Below, piece after piece: positions 9,169-19,386 of a stretch of 64,000 bases of DNA. A program made the position numbers and the translations under genes. Position 1 is the stretch's first letter. Every line of letters starts with the position of its first letter. Below the pieces are notes generated by a model. The model was not told the DNA's origin and made no database searches. It worked only from the letters and a program-made list of their open reading frames with translations. Source of the DNA: Gemmatimonadales bacterium (lineage in GTDB: Bacteria; Gemmatimonadota; Gemmatimonadetes; Gemmatimonadales; GWC2-71-9); the NCBI GenBank assembly GCA_038321865.1, contig JBBQFH010000004.1:32001-96000 (forward strand), in the 5' to 3' direction.

Positions 9169-10293
9169 ATGTCGGAAGCATTTCTCAGTTCCGACGACTT
9201 CGACGAACAAGCCCATCAACTCTATAACGAAGGCCGGTACGACGACGCGCTCGCGATCCTGCGAGAGGGCGTCACCCTTTATCCTCACTCCATCGAGCTC
9301 CACGTCGGGATGGCATACGCGTACCTCGCCCGGGAGGATTACGCCTGGGCCCGCCGCAGCTTTGAGCATGCCCTTGCCCTCGATCCCGATCACGAGGACG
9401 GCCTCGCGGGCGTCGGCGAAACCCGCCTCAAACTCGGCGATCAGGAAGGCGCCAAGCGGGCCTTCGAGCGCATCCTGCAGCTTGGCTTCGGGGATGACCA
9501 CGAACTCATGCTGCAGATCGGCCGGGCATTCTTTCGCGACGGGCTGCTCGCCGCCGCGCACCGGTTCTTCGACCTGGCCGCCCAGGCGCACCCCGATTCC
9601 CCCGATGCCGCGGCGTCCCTCGGCTACGCCTCTCACCGGATGGGCCACGACGCGGCGGCGCTCTACTGGCTCCGCCGCGCGCTCGAAATCGAGCCGGAGT
9701 ACAGCGAGGCGCGTATCTATCTCGCCAATCTGCTGTATGACCGTGGTGAAAACGACGCGGCGCGCCATCACCTCGAGCGCACCCAGCCCGAGGAGCACTT
9801 CGACGAGCTCGGCATCTGGCGGCACATCGAGCTCAAGAAGACCGTCTATCGGCTGCCCGACGAAGACCCTGAGCTCGCCCCCTGGATCCAGCGGCTCAAT
9901 GAGGTCGCCGGCGAACCCGATCCCGTGGACATGCTCCTCGCGGAAGTGGAAGCGCAGCAGGCGGACGGGCAGCTGCACGATCCCAACCAGCTCGAGCTCT
10001 TCGGCGTGTTGCTGACCGAGCTCCACGCGATGCAGCAGCGGCCCCGGCAGCAGGCCGAGGTGCAGCACCAGGTCGCGACGCTGTCGGGATTGACGCTGAA
10101 GGGTTCGTGGGAGGAGATCCTCCAGCAGATGAAGGCGGCCGAACAGGAATGGGCCAATGCCGCGCTGGCGGATTTCATGGCGAGCCTGGCCCGTCGCGGC
10201 GAGGCCGAGACCGGAGTTGTCATTCCGCTGACCGGTGCCGAAGCGTTTATCCGGGGCAGCGCCGAGGCGGGCGTAGTCCGGATCATTCAATAG
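9169..10293 (+). CDS. Tetratricopeptide repeat protein
   Basis: Several TPR-like repeats (ALALDPDHEDGLAGVG, ALEIEPEYSEARIYLANLLY). Confidence 0.88.
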   Translation: MSEAFLSSDDFDEQAHQLYNEGRYDDALAILREGVTLYPHSIELHVGMAYAYLAREDYAWARRSFEHALALDPDHEDGLAGVGETRLKLGDQEGAKRAFERILQLGFGDDHELMLQIGRAFFRDGLLAAAHRFFDLAAQAHPDSPDAAASLGYASHRMGHDAAALYWLRRALEIEPEYSEARIYLANLLYDRGENDAARHHLERTQPEEHFDELGIWRHIELKKTVYRLPDEDPELAPWIQRLNEVAGEPDPVDMLLAEVEAQQADGQLHDPNQLELFGVLLTELHAMQQRPRQQAEVQHQVATLSGLTLKGSWEEILQQMKAAEQEWANAALADFMASLARRGEAETGVVIPLTGAEAFIRGSAEAGVVRIIQ

Positions 10294-10318
10294 CCGGCGC
10301 CTTTCGTATCATTCCCCC

Positions 10319-12982
10319 ATGACCATCGCCGCACCTCCGCGCTGGACCGCCGGCGTACGCCGGGAGGTTCTGCCGAACGGCCTGACCGTGCTCGTCCAGC
10401 GCGATCCGTCCGCGCCGGCCGTGGCCGTCGTGACCCATGTCAGGGCCGGCTTCTTCGACGAGCCCGACCGGTGGCAGGGGATCTCCCATGTGCTCGAGCA
10501 CATGTTCTTCAAGGGCACCCCGAGGCGCGGCGTCGGTGCGATCGCTCGTGAAACCAAGGGCGCCGGCGGATATCTGAACGCCAGCACGAGCTACGACCGT
10601 ACGGAGTACTACGTCGTGCTGCCGGCCCGGAACCTGGCGCAGGCGCTCGACATCCAGTCCGATGCCCTGCGGAACTCGACGATCGATGCCGGCGAGCTCG
10701 CCCGCGAGCTTCAGGTGATCATCCAGGAGGCCGGACGAAAGCTCGACTCGTCCGGCGCGGTCGCGTATGAGACGCTGCATGAAGTGATGTTCGACGTCCA
10801 CCGCATCCGCCGCTGGCGCATCGGGTATGCGGATCAGCTCGCTCGGTTCACGCGCGAGGATGTGCTGGGCTACTATCGGTCGCGCTACGTCCCGTCGCGG
10901 ACCATCGTGGCGATCGTGGGTGACGTCGACCCTGACGCGGCGATCGATCTGGCGCGCGGAGTGTACGGCGAATGGCCTGCGGCCGGAGGCGCGCAGGACC
11001 CCTCCCCCGAAGAGCCGGCCAGGACCGGCGTCCGGGCCCGCACGCTCCGCGGCGACGTGGCGCAGGCGGATCTGGTCCTCGGGTGGCGCACTGTGCCGCC
11101 CCTGCATCCCGACTCAGGTGCGCTCGAGCTGGCCGCGACGATTCTTGGCGCCGGGCGGGGCAGCTGGCTCTACCGGCGGCTGCGTGAGCCCGGCATCGTG
11201 ACCGACATCGCGGCCCACAACTACGCGCCGACCGAGCTCGGGACGTTCACCATCACCGCCGAGCTGGAGCCGGAGCGCGTGGCGGACGCGGTCCGGGGAA
11301 TCGCCGAGTCGGTGACGCGGCTCGCGATGTCGGGCCCGGAGCCGGAAGACATGGCGCGGTCCCGGGCGCTGGTCCGCGCCCGGTGGGCGCGCCGGATGGA
11401 GCAGATGGAGGGGCGCGCATCGAGCCTGGCGATGGCGGAGGCGTTGGGCGGCGTGGACGTGCTCGAACGGGAATACGAGGCGGTGGAGACGACGACGGCC
11501 GATGAGGTGCGCGAGGCCGTGGCGCGCTGGCTCGTTCCCGGCGATGCCGCTGGCGTCGCCTATCTGCCCGAGGGCCGCGGCGTCGACCTCACCGACGCTG
11601 GGCTAGCTGAGGCGTTCGCCCTCACCGCGCTGCTGCCGGCACCGGCGGAATCGTTCGCCTTTCCGGTGCCGCCCGAGGCCCGGCATCACGCGGGAGCGCG
11701 GCGGCTGCACCCGCCGTCCGGTGTGCTCCACCTGCCGCTCGACGGCGTGGACCTTCTGGTGAGGAGAAAGGAAGGCGTCCCGCTCGCGACGCTGGCGCTC
11801 TACGCGCCGCGGGCGGAGCAGGATCCCCCGGCGCTGGGGGGGCTGGGCGCCCTTGCCACTCGGGCGGCGCTGCGGGGGGCTGGAGACCTCGACGCCGCCG
11901 CGCTGGCCTTTGCCTTCGAGCGGCTTGGCGGCACACTCTCCCCGTCGTCCGCGCGTGACTGGGCCGGGTTTGCGACCTCGGTGCTGGCCGACGGATTGCC
12001 CAGCGCCGCGGCGCTCTTGCGGCTGGTATTCGCGGAGCCCCGGCTCGACGACGCGGCGATCGAGATCGAGCGCGGCCTCCTGATCAGTGAAGCGCAGCAG
12101 GTGAGTGACGACATGCTCCGCTTCCCGTTCCAGCTGGCCTACGCCGCGGCGTTCGGCGATCGCGACTACGGCGTGCCACTTGGGGGCCAGCCGGGCACGC
12201 TGGCCGCGATTTCCGCCGCGGATGTGCGTGGCTGGCATCGCTCGGCGATGCTCGGGGTGCGGCCGGTGGTCGTGGCGGTGGGAGACTTCGACCCCGAGCT
12301 GGCGGCCGATCAGCTGGCCGCCGAGTTCGCCGCGCTGCCGGCGCGCCCGGCGCCGGGCCGCCTGGGGCCGTACCCGTGGGCTCCCGCGTCCGGGGGCCCG
12401 ATAGCGCGAATGGTCGAGCGCGACAAGGCGCAGAGCGCCATAGCCATGGTGTTTCCCGGGCCCGCTCGCCGCGCCGCCGACCGATCTGCGGCCGATGTGT
12501 GGGCCGCGGTGGCCAGCGGGCTGGGCGGCCGCCTGTTCGATGCGCTGCGCGAACGGCGGTCGCTGGCGTATACGGTCCTTGCTTCATCGTGGCAGCGCGG
12601 GCGGGCCGGCGCGCTCGTGACGTACATCGCGACCAGCCCCGAGCGCGAGGCGGAGGCCCGCGAGTCGATGCTGGCGGAGCTGGCTGTGTTCACGCGGGAG
12701 CCGCCCTCGTCTGACGAGCTGACCCAGGCGGTGGAATATCTTGCGGGGCAGGAGGAGGTACATCGGCAGAGCGGCGGGGCGGTCGCGGGCGAGATCCTCG
12801 AGGCCTGGGTGATCGGTGATGGCCTCGATGAGCTTGCGGATCCGGCGGGGCGGTTCCGCCGCGTCACGGCCGATTCGGTTCGTGGGGTGGCGGCGCGCTA
12901 TTTGGATCCCGAGCGCCGTGCCGAGGGGGTGGTTCGCGGTTGCCCGACGGGACGTCCATCGCCAACATTCACCCAGGGCTGA
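10319..12982 (+). CDS. M16 (pitrilysin-family) zinc peptidase, two-module
   Basis: HxxEH (SHVLEHMFFKGT) and LNASTS in the first half. The second M16 module lacks HxxEH but has RLFDALRERRSLAY. Confidence 0.92.
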   Translation: MTIAAPPRWTAGVRREVLPNGLTVLVQRDPSAPAVAVVTHVRAGFFDEPDRWQGISHVLEHMFFKGTPRRGVGAIARETKGAGGYLNASTSYDRTEYYVVLPARNLAQALDIQSDALRNSTIDAGELARELQVIIQEAGRKLDSSGAVAYETLHEVMFDVHRIRRWRIGYADQLARFTREDVLGYYRSRYVPSRTIVAIVGDVDPDAAIDLARGVYGEWPAAGGAQDPSPEEPARTGVRARTLRGDVAQADLVLGWRTVPPLHPDSGALELAATILGAGRGSWLYRRLREPGIVTDIAAHNYAPTELGTFTITAELEPERVADAVRGIAESVTRLAMSGPEPEDMARSRALVRARWARRMEQMEGRASSLAMAEALGGVDVLEREYEAVETTTADEVREAVARWLVPGDAAGVAYLPEGRGVDLTDAGLAEAFALTALLPAPAESFAFPVPPEARHHAGARRLHPPSGVLHLPLDGVDLLVRRKEGVPLATLALYAPRAEQDPPALGGLGALATRAALRGAGDLDAAALAFAFERLGGTLSPSSARDWAGFATSVLADGLPSAAALLRLVFAEPRLDDAAIEIERGLLISEAQQVSDDMLRFPFQLAYAAAFGDRDYGVPLGGQPGTLAAISAADVRGWHRSAMLGVRPVVVAVGDFDPELAADQLAAEFAALPARPAPGRLGPYPWAPASGGPIARMVERDKAQSAIAMVFPGPARRAADRSAADVWAAVASGLGGRLFDALRERRSLAYTVLASSWQRGRAGALVTYIATSPEREAEARESMLAELAVFTREPPSSDELTQAVEYLAGQEEVHRQSGGAVAGEILEAWVIGDGLDELADPAGRFRRVTADSVRGVAARYLDPERRAEGVVRGCPTGRPSPTFTQG

Positions 12983-13025
12983 GCGTCGGGACCGGCGCCC
13001 GGCATCGGGGCAACCAGGAGGCACG

Positions 13026-13199
13026 ATGAGTAAGCGGGAAGAGGAGCGGCTGGCCAAGCTCGCCCAGAAGAACGCGGCAAGGGTGATCAAGCCGCGCGAC
13101 GAGCGGGCCAAGCAGTACGACGATACGCTCAAACGCAAACCGGACGAAGACCCGGAGCTGAGCGAATTCTTCACCGACATGCGGAAGCGCGAGTTCTGA
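13026..13199 (+). CDS. Small charged hypothetical protein (57 aa)
   Basis: AGGAGG RBS, then MSKREEERLAKLAQKNAARVIK...FFTDMRKREF. Confidence 0.7.
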   Translation: MSKREEERLAKLAQKNAARVIKPRDERAKQYDDTLKRKPDEDPELSEFFTDMRKREF

Positions 13200-13414
13200 C
13201 GGCCGTCCAGCGCCACGTCGTCACGCTCGTTGCACTTGTGGTCGGGGTCGATGCGGTCGCGATCGGGGCGTATTACGCCACCGGGATGGCTCGCGCGGCA
13301 CCGGAGACCCGGATGATCTTCACGGCGGTCTGGATGCTCGCATCGCTGCTGGTCGTGCTGACGGGGCTGACGCGGATCCGGCGGGCGCGCCTCGCGGCGG
13401 CGGGGAAGGGCTGA
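13196..13414 (+). CDS. Small two-TM membrane protein
   Basis: Manual translation LTAVQRHVVTLVALVVGVDAVAIGAYY...MIFTAVWMLASLLVVLTGLTRIRRAR. Start uncertain (CTG 13196 or GTG 13238). Confidence 0.6.
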   Translation: MTAVQRHVVTLVALVVGVDAVAIGAYYATGMARAAPETRMIFTAVWMLASLLVVLTGLTRIRRARLAAAGKG

Positions 13415-13519
13415 CGCCGCCTCGCGGTGCACACTTTGGTGAGGGATGGCACCCGTGTATCGTTCCGCAGCCCTGCGGAACGGGGACCGCCACCGTACGA
13501 ACACTCTGGGGAGGGATTC

Positions 13520-13717
13520 ATGGCAACGAAACTCGACAAGGCGATCAAGCGAGAGCTCGAGATCGAAGGCAAGGCGTACACCATCATCATGTCGCCTGAG
13601 GGGATCAAGGTCACGCCGAAGGGCGGGCGCATCGGACGTGAGATCTCGTGGCGCACCATCATGGGCAACGACGGATCATCCGGTGGCCAGTCGTCGGGCG
13701 GCGGGATGAGCGCCTGA
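13520..13717 (+). CDS. Small hypothetical protein (65 aa)
   Basis: GGGAGGG RBS; MATKLDKAIKRELEIEGKAYTIIMSPEGIKVTPKG...ISW. Confidence 0.7.
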   Translation: MATKLDKAIKRELEIEGKAYTIIMSPEGIKVTPKGGRIGREISWRTIMGNDGSSGGQSSGGGMSA

Positions 13718-15183
13718 CACGCCACGCCCCACCTGATCTTCGCGCTGCCGCTCGGCAGGCGATGCTCGACAACGGATTCGTACCGGACCTCCCGGCCGAT
13801 GCGATCCGTGAGCTCGCCTCGCTCGACGGCACCGCGCAGACGCGGGATCCCGGACAAGACCTGCGCACCATTCGCTGGACTTCCATAGACAATGACGATT
13901 CGCGGGACCTCGACCAGGTCGAGGCTTCCGCCCGTCAGCCCGACGGCGGCATCCGTGTCCGGGTCGGCATTGCCGACGTGGATGCGCTGGTGCCGCGCGG
14001 TTCGGCGCTGGACCGCCAGGCCGGCGCCAATACAACATCGGTCTACACCGGCGTCGTGACGTTTCCGATGCTGCCCGAGCGGCTCTCCACGGACCTCACT
14101 TCGCTGAATCAGGATGTGGAGCGCGGGGCCATCGTCGTCGAATTCACCGTGGCGCCGGATGGCTCGCTCCACGACCCGGACGTCTACCATGCCGTGCTGG
14201 TGAATCACGCCCAGCTCGCCTACGACGCCGTGGGCCACTGGCTCGAGGGGGAAGGACCCCCGCCGGCGCGCCTCGCCGCCTCGGCGGAGCTGGCGGAGCA
14301 GGTGCGCATGCAGGACGAAGCGGCGGGCCGGCTCCGGCTGGTGCGCTACCGGAACGGCGCGCTGGATCTCGAGACGATCGAGGCCCGACCGGTGATGAAG
14401 GACGGCCAGGTGGTCGATCTCGACCTCACGCACAAGACGCGCGCGCGGGAGCTGATCGAGGATTTCATGATTGCCGCCAACATGACCATCGCCGGGTTCC
14501 TCGAACGGAAGAACGTGCCGTCGATTCGGCGCGTGGTACGGGAGCCAAAACGCTGGGACCGGATCGTCGAGCTTGCGGCCGGCCTGGGGGAGAAGCTGCC
14601 GGCCCTGCCGGACGCGAGGGCACTGGCCGACTTGCTCACCCGGCGGCGCGAGGCGGATCCGCTCCGCTTTCCCGATTTTTCGCTCGCGATCGTCAAGCTG
14701 CTCGGCCCGGGTGAATACGTCGTGGACCGTCCGGGCGAAGCCAGTTCCGGCCACTTCGGGCTCGCCGTCGAGGACTACACCCACTCCACCGCGCCCAATC
14801 GCCGTTACGCCGATCTCGTCACCCAGCGGCTGGTCAAGGCCGCGCTGGCCGGGCAGCCCTCGCCTTACAGCGCCGAGGAGCTCGACGTGATCGCCGCGCG
14901 CTGCACCGCCAAGGAGAACGACGCGCGCAAGGCCGAGCGGCTGGTACGGAAGATGGCGGCGGCGACGATGCTGGCCGATCACATCGGTGAGCGCTACGAC
15001 GCCATCGTCACCGGCGACACGGCCCATGGCGTGTACGTCCGCCTGCTCAAGCCCCCGGTGGAGGGGCGTGTCGTCCGCGGCGAGGGGGCGCTCGACGTCG
15101 GCGACCGCACCGCCGTGCGCCTGCTGTCGACCGACCCGGCCCGCGGCTTCATCGACTTCGAGCGCGTGGCCGGCGCCGCATGA
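13714..15183 (+). CDS. RNB-domain exoribonuclease (RNase II/R family)
   Basis: [56 protein letters not shown]-terminal S1-like domain. Start uncertain. Confidence 0.9.
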   Translation: MTRHAPPDLRAAARQAMLDNGFVPDLPADAIRELASLDGTAQTRDPGQDLRTIRWTSIDNDDSRDLDQVEASARQPDGGIRVRVGIADVDALVPRGSALDRQAGANTTSVYTGVVTFPMLPERLSTDLTSLNQDVERGAIVVEFTVAPDGSLHDPDVYHAVLVNHAQLAYDAVGHWLEGEGPPPARLAASAELAEQVRMQDEAAGRLRLVRYRNGALDLETIEARPVMKDGQVVDLDLTHKTRARELIEDFMIAANMTIAGFLERKNVPSIRRVVREPKRWDRIVELAAGLGEKLPALPDARALADLLTRRREADPLRFPDFSLAIVKLLGPGEYVVDRPGEASSGHFGLAVEDYTHSTAPNRRYADLVTQRLVKAALAGQPSPYSAEELDVIAARCTAKENDARKAERLVRKMAAATMLADHIGERYDAIVTGDTAHGVYVRLLKPPVEGRVVRGEGALDVGDRTAVRLLSTDPARGFIDFERVAGAA

Positions 15184-15656
15184 GACGCGGGCTCGCGATC
15201 GCGATCCTGCTGGCGGGATGCGGCGTGCATACCGCGCGGCCGGTCGGCACGGCCAGCACCGAGCCGGTGGATCGTGCCATCGACGCACCGCCGTTCGGCC
15301 GGGTCGAGCTGGGCGCCTTTTTCAGCGACAGCGCGCATGCGAACCGGCTCGCCGACACGCTGTATCAGCTGGTGCCGGATTCCTCGAGCGGGATCGGGAC
15401 GCTCACGCTTCATCTGGCCTCCGACCGGCGGATTTCCGTCATCGACGTGGCGTACAGCACGATTCGCCGCTACGCGGACGAGGTCGCCCGGACACGCGGG
15501 CGCCTGGGCAATCCGAGCCGCACCCGCACCGACGACGACGGCAGCCAGTACACCACCTGGCAGGACGCCCGCACCCGCTTCGAGCTGGTCGGCCGGGTGT
15601 TCAACAACAACTCGAGGGTCAGCGGCCGGCTTACCGACCTGCTCCTGGGGCAGTGA
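15180..15656 (+). CDS. Hypothetical lipoprotein
   Basis: [14 protein letters not shown] lipobox; ATGA overlap with the RNB gene. Confidence 0.7.
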   Translation: MRRGLAIAILLAGCGVHTARPVGTASTEPVDRAIDAPPFGRVELGAFFSDSAHANRLADTLYQLVPDSSSGIGTLTLHLASDRRISVIDVAYSTIRRYADEVARTRGRLGNPSRTRTDDDGSQYTTWQDARTRFELVGRVFNNNSRVSGRLTDLLLGQ

Positions 15657-16132
15657 GCGCCTCGGCGGCATCACCCGGCGCGCGGATGGCGCGGCTCTGG
15701 TCACGGCTCTCCCCGTTGCCCGGCGGCAGGTGGGCATTCAGCCGGATGCTCGGCCGCATCGTGCCCTACACCGGGTCCATCGGCGCCACGGTGCTCGAGC
15801 TCAGGCCCGGCTACGCACGGGTCGAGCTGCCGGATCACCGCGCGGTGCGCAATCACCTCAATTCGATCCACGCCATCGCGCTGGTCAACCTCGGCGAGGT
15901 GACGAGCGGCCTCGCGATGCTGGTCGGCCTGCCCGAGAGCGTGCGTGGCATCGTCACCGGCATCTCGACCGAGTTCCTCAAGAAGGCGCGGGGCACGCTG
16001 ACGGCGGAATGCACCGCGTCGATCCCGACCGTCACCGCGCCGATGGAGCTGCCGGTCGAGGCGGTCATCCGGGACGCCGCGGGTGACGTGGTGGCGCGGG
16101 TGATCGCCCGCTGGCGTCTCGGCCCCGTGTGA
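15653..16132 (+). CDS. PaaI/DUF4442 hotdog-fold thioesterase-like protein
   Basis: [42 protein letters not shown] overlap start. Confidence 0.85.
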   Translation: MSASAASPGARMARLWSRLSPLPGGRWAFSRMLGRIVPYTGSIGATVLELRPGYARVELPDHRAVRNHLNSIHAIALVNLGEVTSGLAMLVGLPESVRGIVTGISTEFLKKARGTLTAECTASIPTVTAPMELPVEAVIRDAAGDVVARVIARWRLGPV

Positions 16133-17148
16133 ACGGCGGCTCGCTACTCGAGACACCGTTCAGCCGCGCCGTCGGCATCGAGGTGCCGCTGGTGTGCGGC
16201 GCGATGTATCCCTGCAGCAATCCCGAGCTGGTCGCCGCGGTGTCGGAGGCGGGCGGCATCGGAATCGTCCAGCCCATCTCGATGACCTACGTCTACGGGC
16301 ACGACTTTCGGGAGGGGCTCCGGCTCATTCGCCGTCTTACGTCCAAGCCGATCGGGATGAACGCGCTGATCGAGCAGTCCTCGCGCAGCTACCACGAACG
16401 GATGACGCGCTGGGTGGATGTCGCGCTGGAGGAGGGCGTGCGATTCTTCGTGACTTCGCTCGGAAACCCGCGATGGGTCGTGGAGCGGGTTCGGGGGCTC
16501 GGCGGCGTCGTGTATCACGACGTGACCGAGCGGAAGTGGGCCCAGAAGGGGCTGGACGGGGGAGTAGATGGCCTTGTTGCGGTGAACCGCCGTGCCGGCG
16601 GCCACGCGGGGGAGCGCGATGCGGAGGCACTGCTCGCCGAGCTCGGAGATCTGGGGGTTCCGGTGCTCTGTGCCGGCGGGATCGGGACCCCCGCGGAGTT
16701 CGCCGCCGCGCTGCGGATGGGCTATGCGGGCGCGCAGCTCGGCACCCGCTTCATCGCCACGACCGAGTGCAAGGCGAGCGACGCCTACAAGGCCGCCATT
16801 CTCCGCGCCCGGGAAGCGGACATCGTCCTGACCGAGCGCATCACCGGTGTGCCCGTCGCGGTGATCCGGACGCCATACATCGAGCGCATCGGGCTCAAGG
16901 CCGGGCCGCTCGCCCGGTGGATGCTTCGCGGTCGGAAAACCAAGCGCTGGATGCGCACGATCTACGCCCTCAAGTCCCTCTGGCAGCTCAAGCGGGCGTC
17001 GCTCGACGATACCGGCGAAAAGGACTACTGGCAGGCGGGGAAGAGTGTCGCCGGCATCGACACGATCGAGCCGGCAGGGCAGGTCGTTCGGGACTTCGCG
17101 GCGGCGGCGGCCCAACACAAACATTCCCCTTCCATGCCGCCGCCGTGA
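16129..17148 (+). CDS. Nitronate monooxygenase / FabK-like flavoprotein
   Basis: [42 protein letters not shown]. Confidence 0.9.
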   Translation: MNGGSLLETPFSRAVGIEVPLVCGAMYPCSNPELVAAVSEAGGIGIVQPISMTYVYGHDFREGLRLIRRLTSKPIGMNALIEQSSRSYHERMTRWVDVALEEGVRFFVTSLGNPRWVVERVRGLGGVVYHDVTERKWAQKGLDGGVDGLVAVNRRAGGHAGERDAEALLAELGDLGVPVLCAGGIGTPAEFAAALRMGYAGAQLGTRFIATTECKASDAYKAAILRAREADIVLTERITGVPVAVIRTPYIERIGLKAGPLARWMLRGRKTKRWMRTIYALKSLWQLKRASLDDTGEKDYWQAGKSVAGIDTIEPAGQVVRDFAAAAAQHKHSPSMPPP

Positions 17149-17195
17149 GCGGCCACACCAATTTCCGGATTGTACGTCATTCAGCGAGGATCCCC

Positions 17196-17537
17196 ATGAC
17201 CGTACGACTCTCCGCCGCGCTTGCGCTCGTTGCCATTTTCGGTTGTGGCAGCGGACCATTCGAAGCGTACGCCGCACCCGATCATGCCATCTCCATCAAG
17301 GTGGGGCGGGAGCTGGACCTCACGATTCGGAGCGTCGGGCCGGGCGAATACGCAAGCCCGCCGACCATTTCCTCCGCCGCAATCCGGTTCATCGACGTAA
17401 CGTCCGTCACTCCGCCCGTGCCTGCGGGGGACACGCAGCTGTTCCGGTTCGAGGCGATGCAGCCAGGAGATGCGGTGATCACGTTCGTTCAGAGTTCCGG
17501 TGGCCTGACGGTGCAGGACACCGTTCACGTGGAGTGA
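17196..17537 (+). CDS. Small Ig-like lipoprotein (chagasin/I42-like)
   Basis: GAGGA RBS, lipobox IFGC; beta-rich, with PAGDTQLFRFEAMQPGDAVITF. Confidence 0.6.
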   Translation: MTVRLSAALALVAIFGCGSGPFEAYAAPDHAISIKVGRELDLTIRSVGPGEYASPPTISSAAIRFIDVTSVTPPVPAGDTQLFRFEAMQPGDAVITFVQSSGGLTVQDTVHVE

Positions 17538-17579
17538 TGCACGCCGGTTCCGGCGCCAGCCCCGTAGTTCGCTACCGCA

Positions 17580-18872
17580 TCACGCAATCCCGCCCTTGAT
17601 CGCCAGCAGCATCTTCTCGGCGAAGATGTCGATCTCGTCGAGCGTGGTATAGACGTTCGGCGTTACCCGGAGTCCGCTGAACTCCGCGTGCACGATCGGC
17701 GTGCTCACGATCTTGTGGCGGTCGAGCAGCCACCCGCCCAGCTTCGGCATGTCCATGCCGTCCACCGAAACCAGGCCGATCGCGCCGGAGTAGGGTGAAT
17801 CGAGCGGCGTGAGCATATGGACTCGGCCCTTGCCTTCGGCCACCAGCCGCTTGGCCCAGCGATCCCGCAGGAAGCGGAGCCGCGCGATCTTCCGGTCGGC
17901 GCCAATGCCGCGGTGGAAGGCGATGGCCGCCGAGATCGCGTTGTGATTGGCGGCGGGATGGGTGCCGATTTCCTCGTACTTCCGGATGTTCTCGTCCATC
18001 GAGGCCGGCGCCGCCATGAGAGGCCAGAGCGCCTTCTGCTTGCTCTTCCGCACGTAGAGGAATCCGGTGCCGACCGGCGCCAGCATCCACTTGTGAAGAC
18101 TGGTGCCGTAGTAGTCCACGCCGAGCTGGTCGCGGGTGAAGGGGAAATGGGCAAAGGCGTGCGCGCCGTCGATCAGCACCTCGATCCCCTTGGCGCGGGC
18201 GATGTCGGTGATCTCCTTCACCGGCAGGATGTGGCCGCTCAGGTTGGTGATGTGGGGGAGCTCGATGGCCCGGGTGCGGGGCGTGATCGCGGCGGCGAAC
18301 TGGTCGACCAGGTACTGCTGCGACGGGGGCGGCAGCCGGAAGCTCACCGCCTTCACGACGATGCCTTCGCGCCGGGCGCGCTGGTCCCAGGTGGTGAGCA
18401 TGCGGCCGTAGTTCTGGTTGCTGACCACGACCTCGTCACCCCGCTTGAGGTCCAGGCCAAATTGCACGATCTCGTTGGCCTCCGAGGCGTTCCGGACGAT
18501 CGCCATCTCCTCGACGTCGCAGCCGAACTCGCGTGCGAGGTCACGGCGGACGCTCTCGACGCGGGGTTCCAGCACCCGCCACATGTGATCGACCGGCAAC
18601 TCATTGGAGAACCGCAGGTCACGGATCATCGCCTCGAGCACGTGGGTCGGCGTTGGGCTGCAGCCGCCGTTGTTCAGGTTGATCATGGTGCGGTCGGAGT
18701 CGAAGGCCCGCTGGATTTCGCTCCAGTAAGCCTCGTCCTCGGCGACTGCGCCGGCGGTCCGGCCCGCCGCGACCTGAGTGGCCTGGCCCAGGTGCCGGAA
18801 GGCGCGCTCGGAAAACGCGGGGGCGACGGCAGCTCCCGCGAGAGAGGTCAGAAATGAACGGCGAGTCGCCAT
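17580..18872 (-). CDS. Class V PLP-dependent enzyme (isopenicillin N epimerase/cysteine lyase-like) with Tat signal
   Basis: MATRRSFLTSL Tat motif; INLNNGG, LIDGAHAF, GTSLHKWMLAP (PLP lysine). Confidence 0.88.
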   Translation of the reverse strand: MATRRSFLTSLAGAAVAPAFSERAFRHLGQATQVAAGRTAGAVAEDEAYWSEIQRAFDSDRTMINLNNGGCSPTPTHVLEAMIRDLRFSNELPVDHMWRVLEPRVESVRRDLAREFGCDVEEMAIVRNASEANEIVQFGLDLKRGDEVVVSNQNYGRMLTTWDQRARREGIVVKAVSFRLPPPSQQYLVDQFAAAITPRTRAIELPHITNLSGHILPVKEITDIARAKGIEVLIDGAHAFAHFPFTRDQLGVDYYGTSLHKWMLAPVGTGFLYVRKSKQKALWPLMAAPASMDENIRKYEEIGTHPAANHNAISAAIAFHRGIGADRKIARLRFLRDRWAKRLVAEGKGRVHMLTPLDSPYSGAIGLVSVDGMDMPKLGGWLLDRHKIVSTPIVHAEFSGLRVTPNVYTTLDEIDIFAEKMLLAIKGGIA

Positions 18873-19113
18873 GGGACGCTCCGGCCTGAAAAAGGGGATG
18901 CCCCCAATTTGCAGCGTCGCTCGCCGCAACGCTACACTTCGCCGCAACCGGGGAGGGGCTGGCCAATGGGAACACAACCGTGGGTGGCCATTCGGCTCGG
19001 GGTTCTGCTGGTCGGCGCCTTGATCGCTGGAGCACTTGCCTCGGCGTGGCGTGCGGTGGTGCTTCCCCCCGCCGTCCTGCTCGCCTCTACCGGAGAGTGA
19101 CGGAGCCCAGGCC

Positions 19114-19386
19114 ATGTCGAGAGCATTCGTGAACGAGGATGCGGGCGGCGAAATGCATCGCTACCCGCTCCCGCCCAGAGATGATCCGGCCTACGACGAC
19201 GCCGCGGCGCGGGCGCTGCTGCGCGGCGCCGATGCAGGTGACTCGGCCGGAGCGGAGGCCGCCACCGGCTACGTCTTTGGCGAGCCGGCGCTGCGGCCGC
19301 ACGTGCGCCGCATTCTCGAGCGGGCCCTTGAAACCGGTGACGAGCGCCTGGAACAGCTGGCGGAGCGATTCCTCCGGCGCGGATGA
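19114..19386 (+). CDS. Hypothetical protein (90 aa)
   Basis: GGAG RBS; MSRAFVNED...; ATGA overlap with the next gene. Confidence 0.65.
   Translation: MSRAFVNEDAGGEMHRYPLPPRDDPAYDDAAARALLRGADAGDSAGAEAATGYVFGEPALRPHVRRILERALETGDERLEQLAERFLRRG

Noticed and set aside
13273..15288. Long antisense ORFs (671 aa here; likewise 32550-34490, 42315-44234, 55228-57006, 7004-8593)
   Set aside because: Shadow frames opposite well-supported genes in high-GC DNA, with no motifs.
18966..19100. 44-aa hydrophobic ORF MGTQPWVAIRLGVLL...
   Set aside because: Could be a small membrane peptide, but has no motif or other support.
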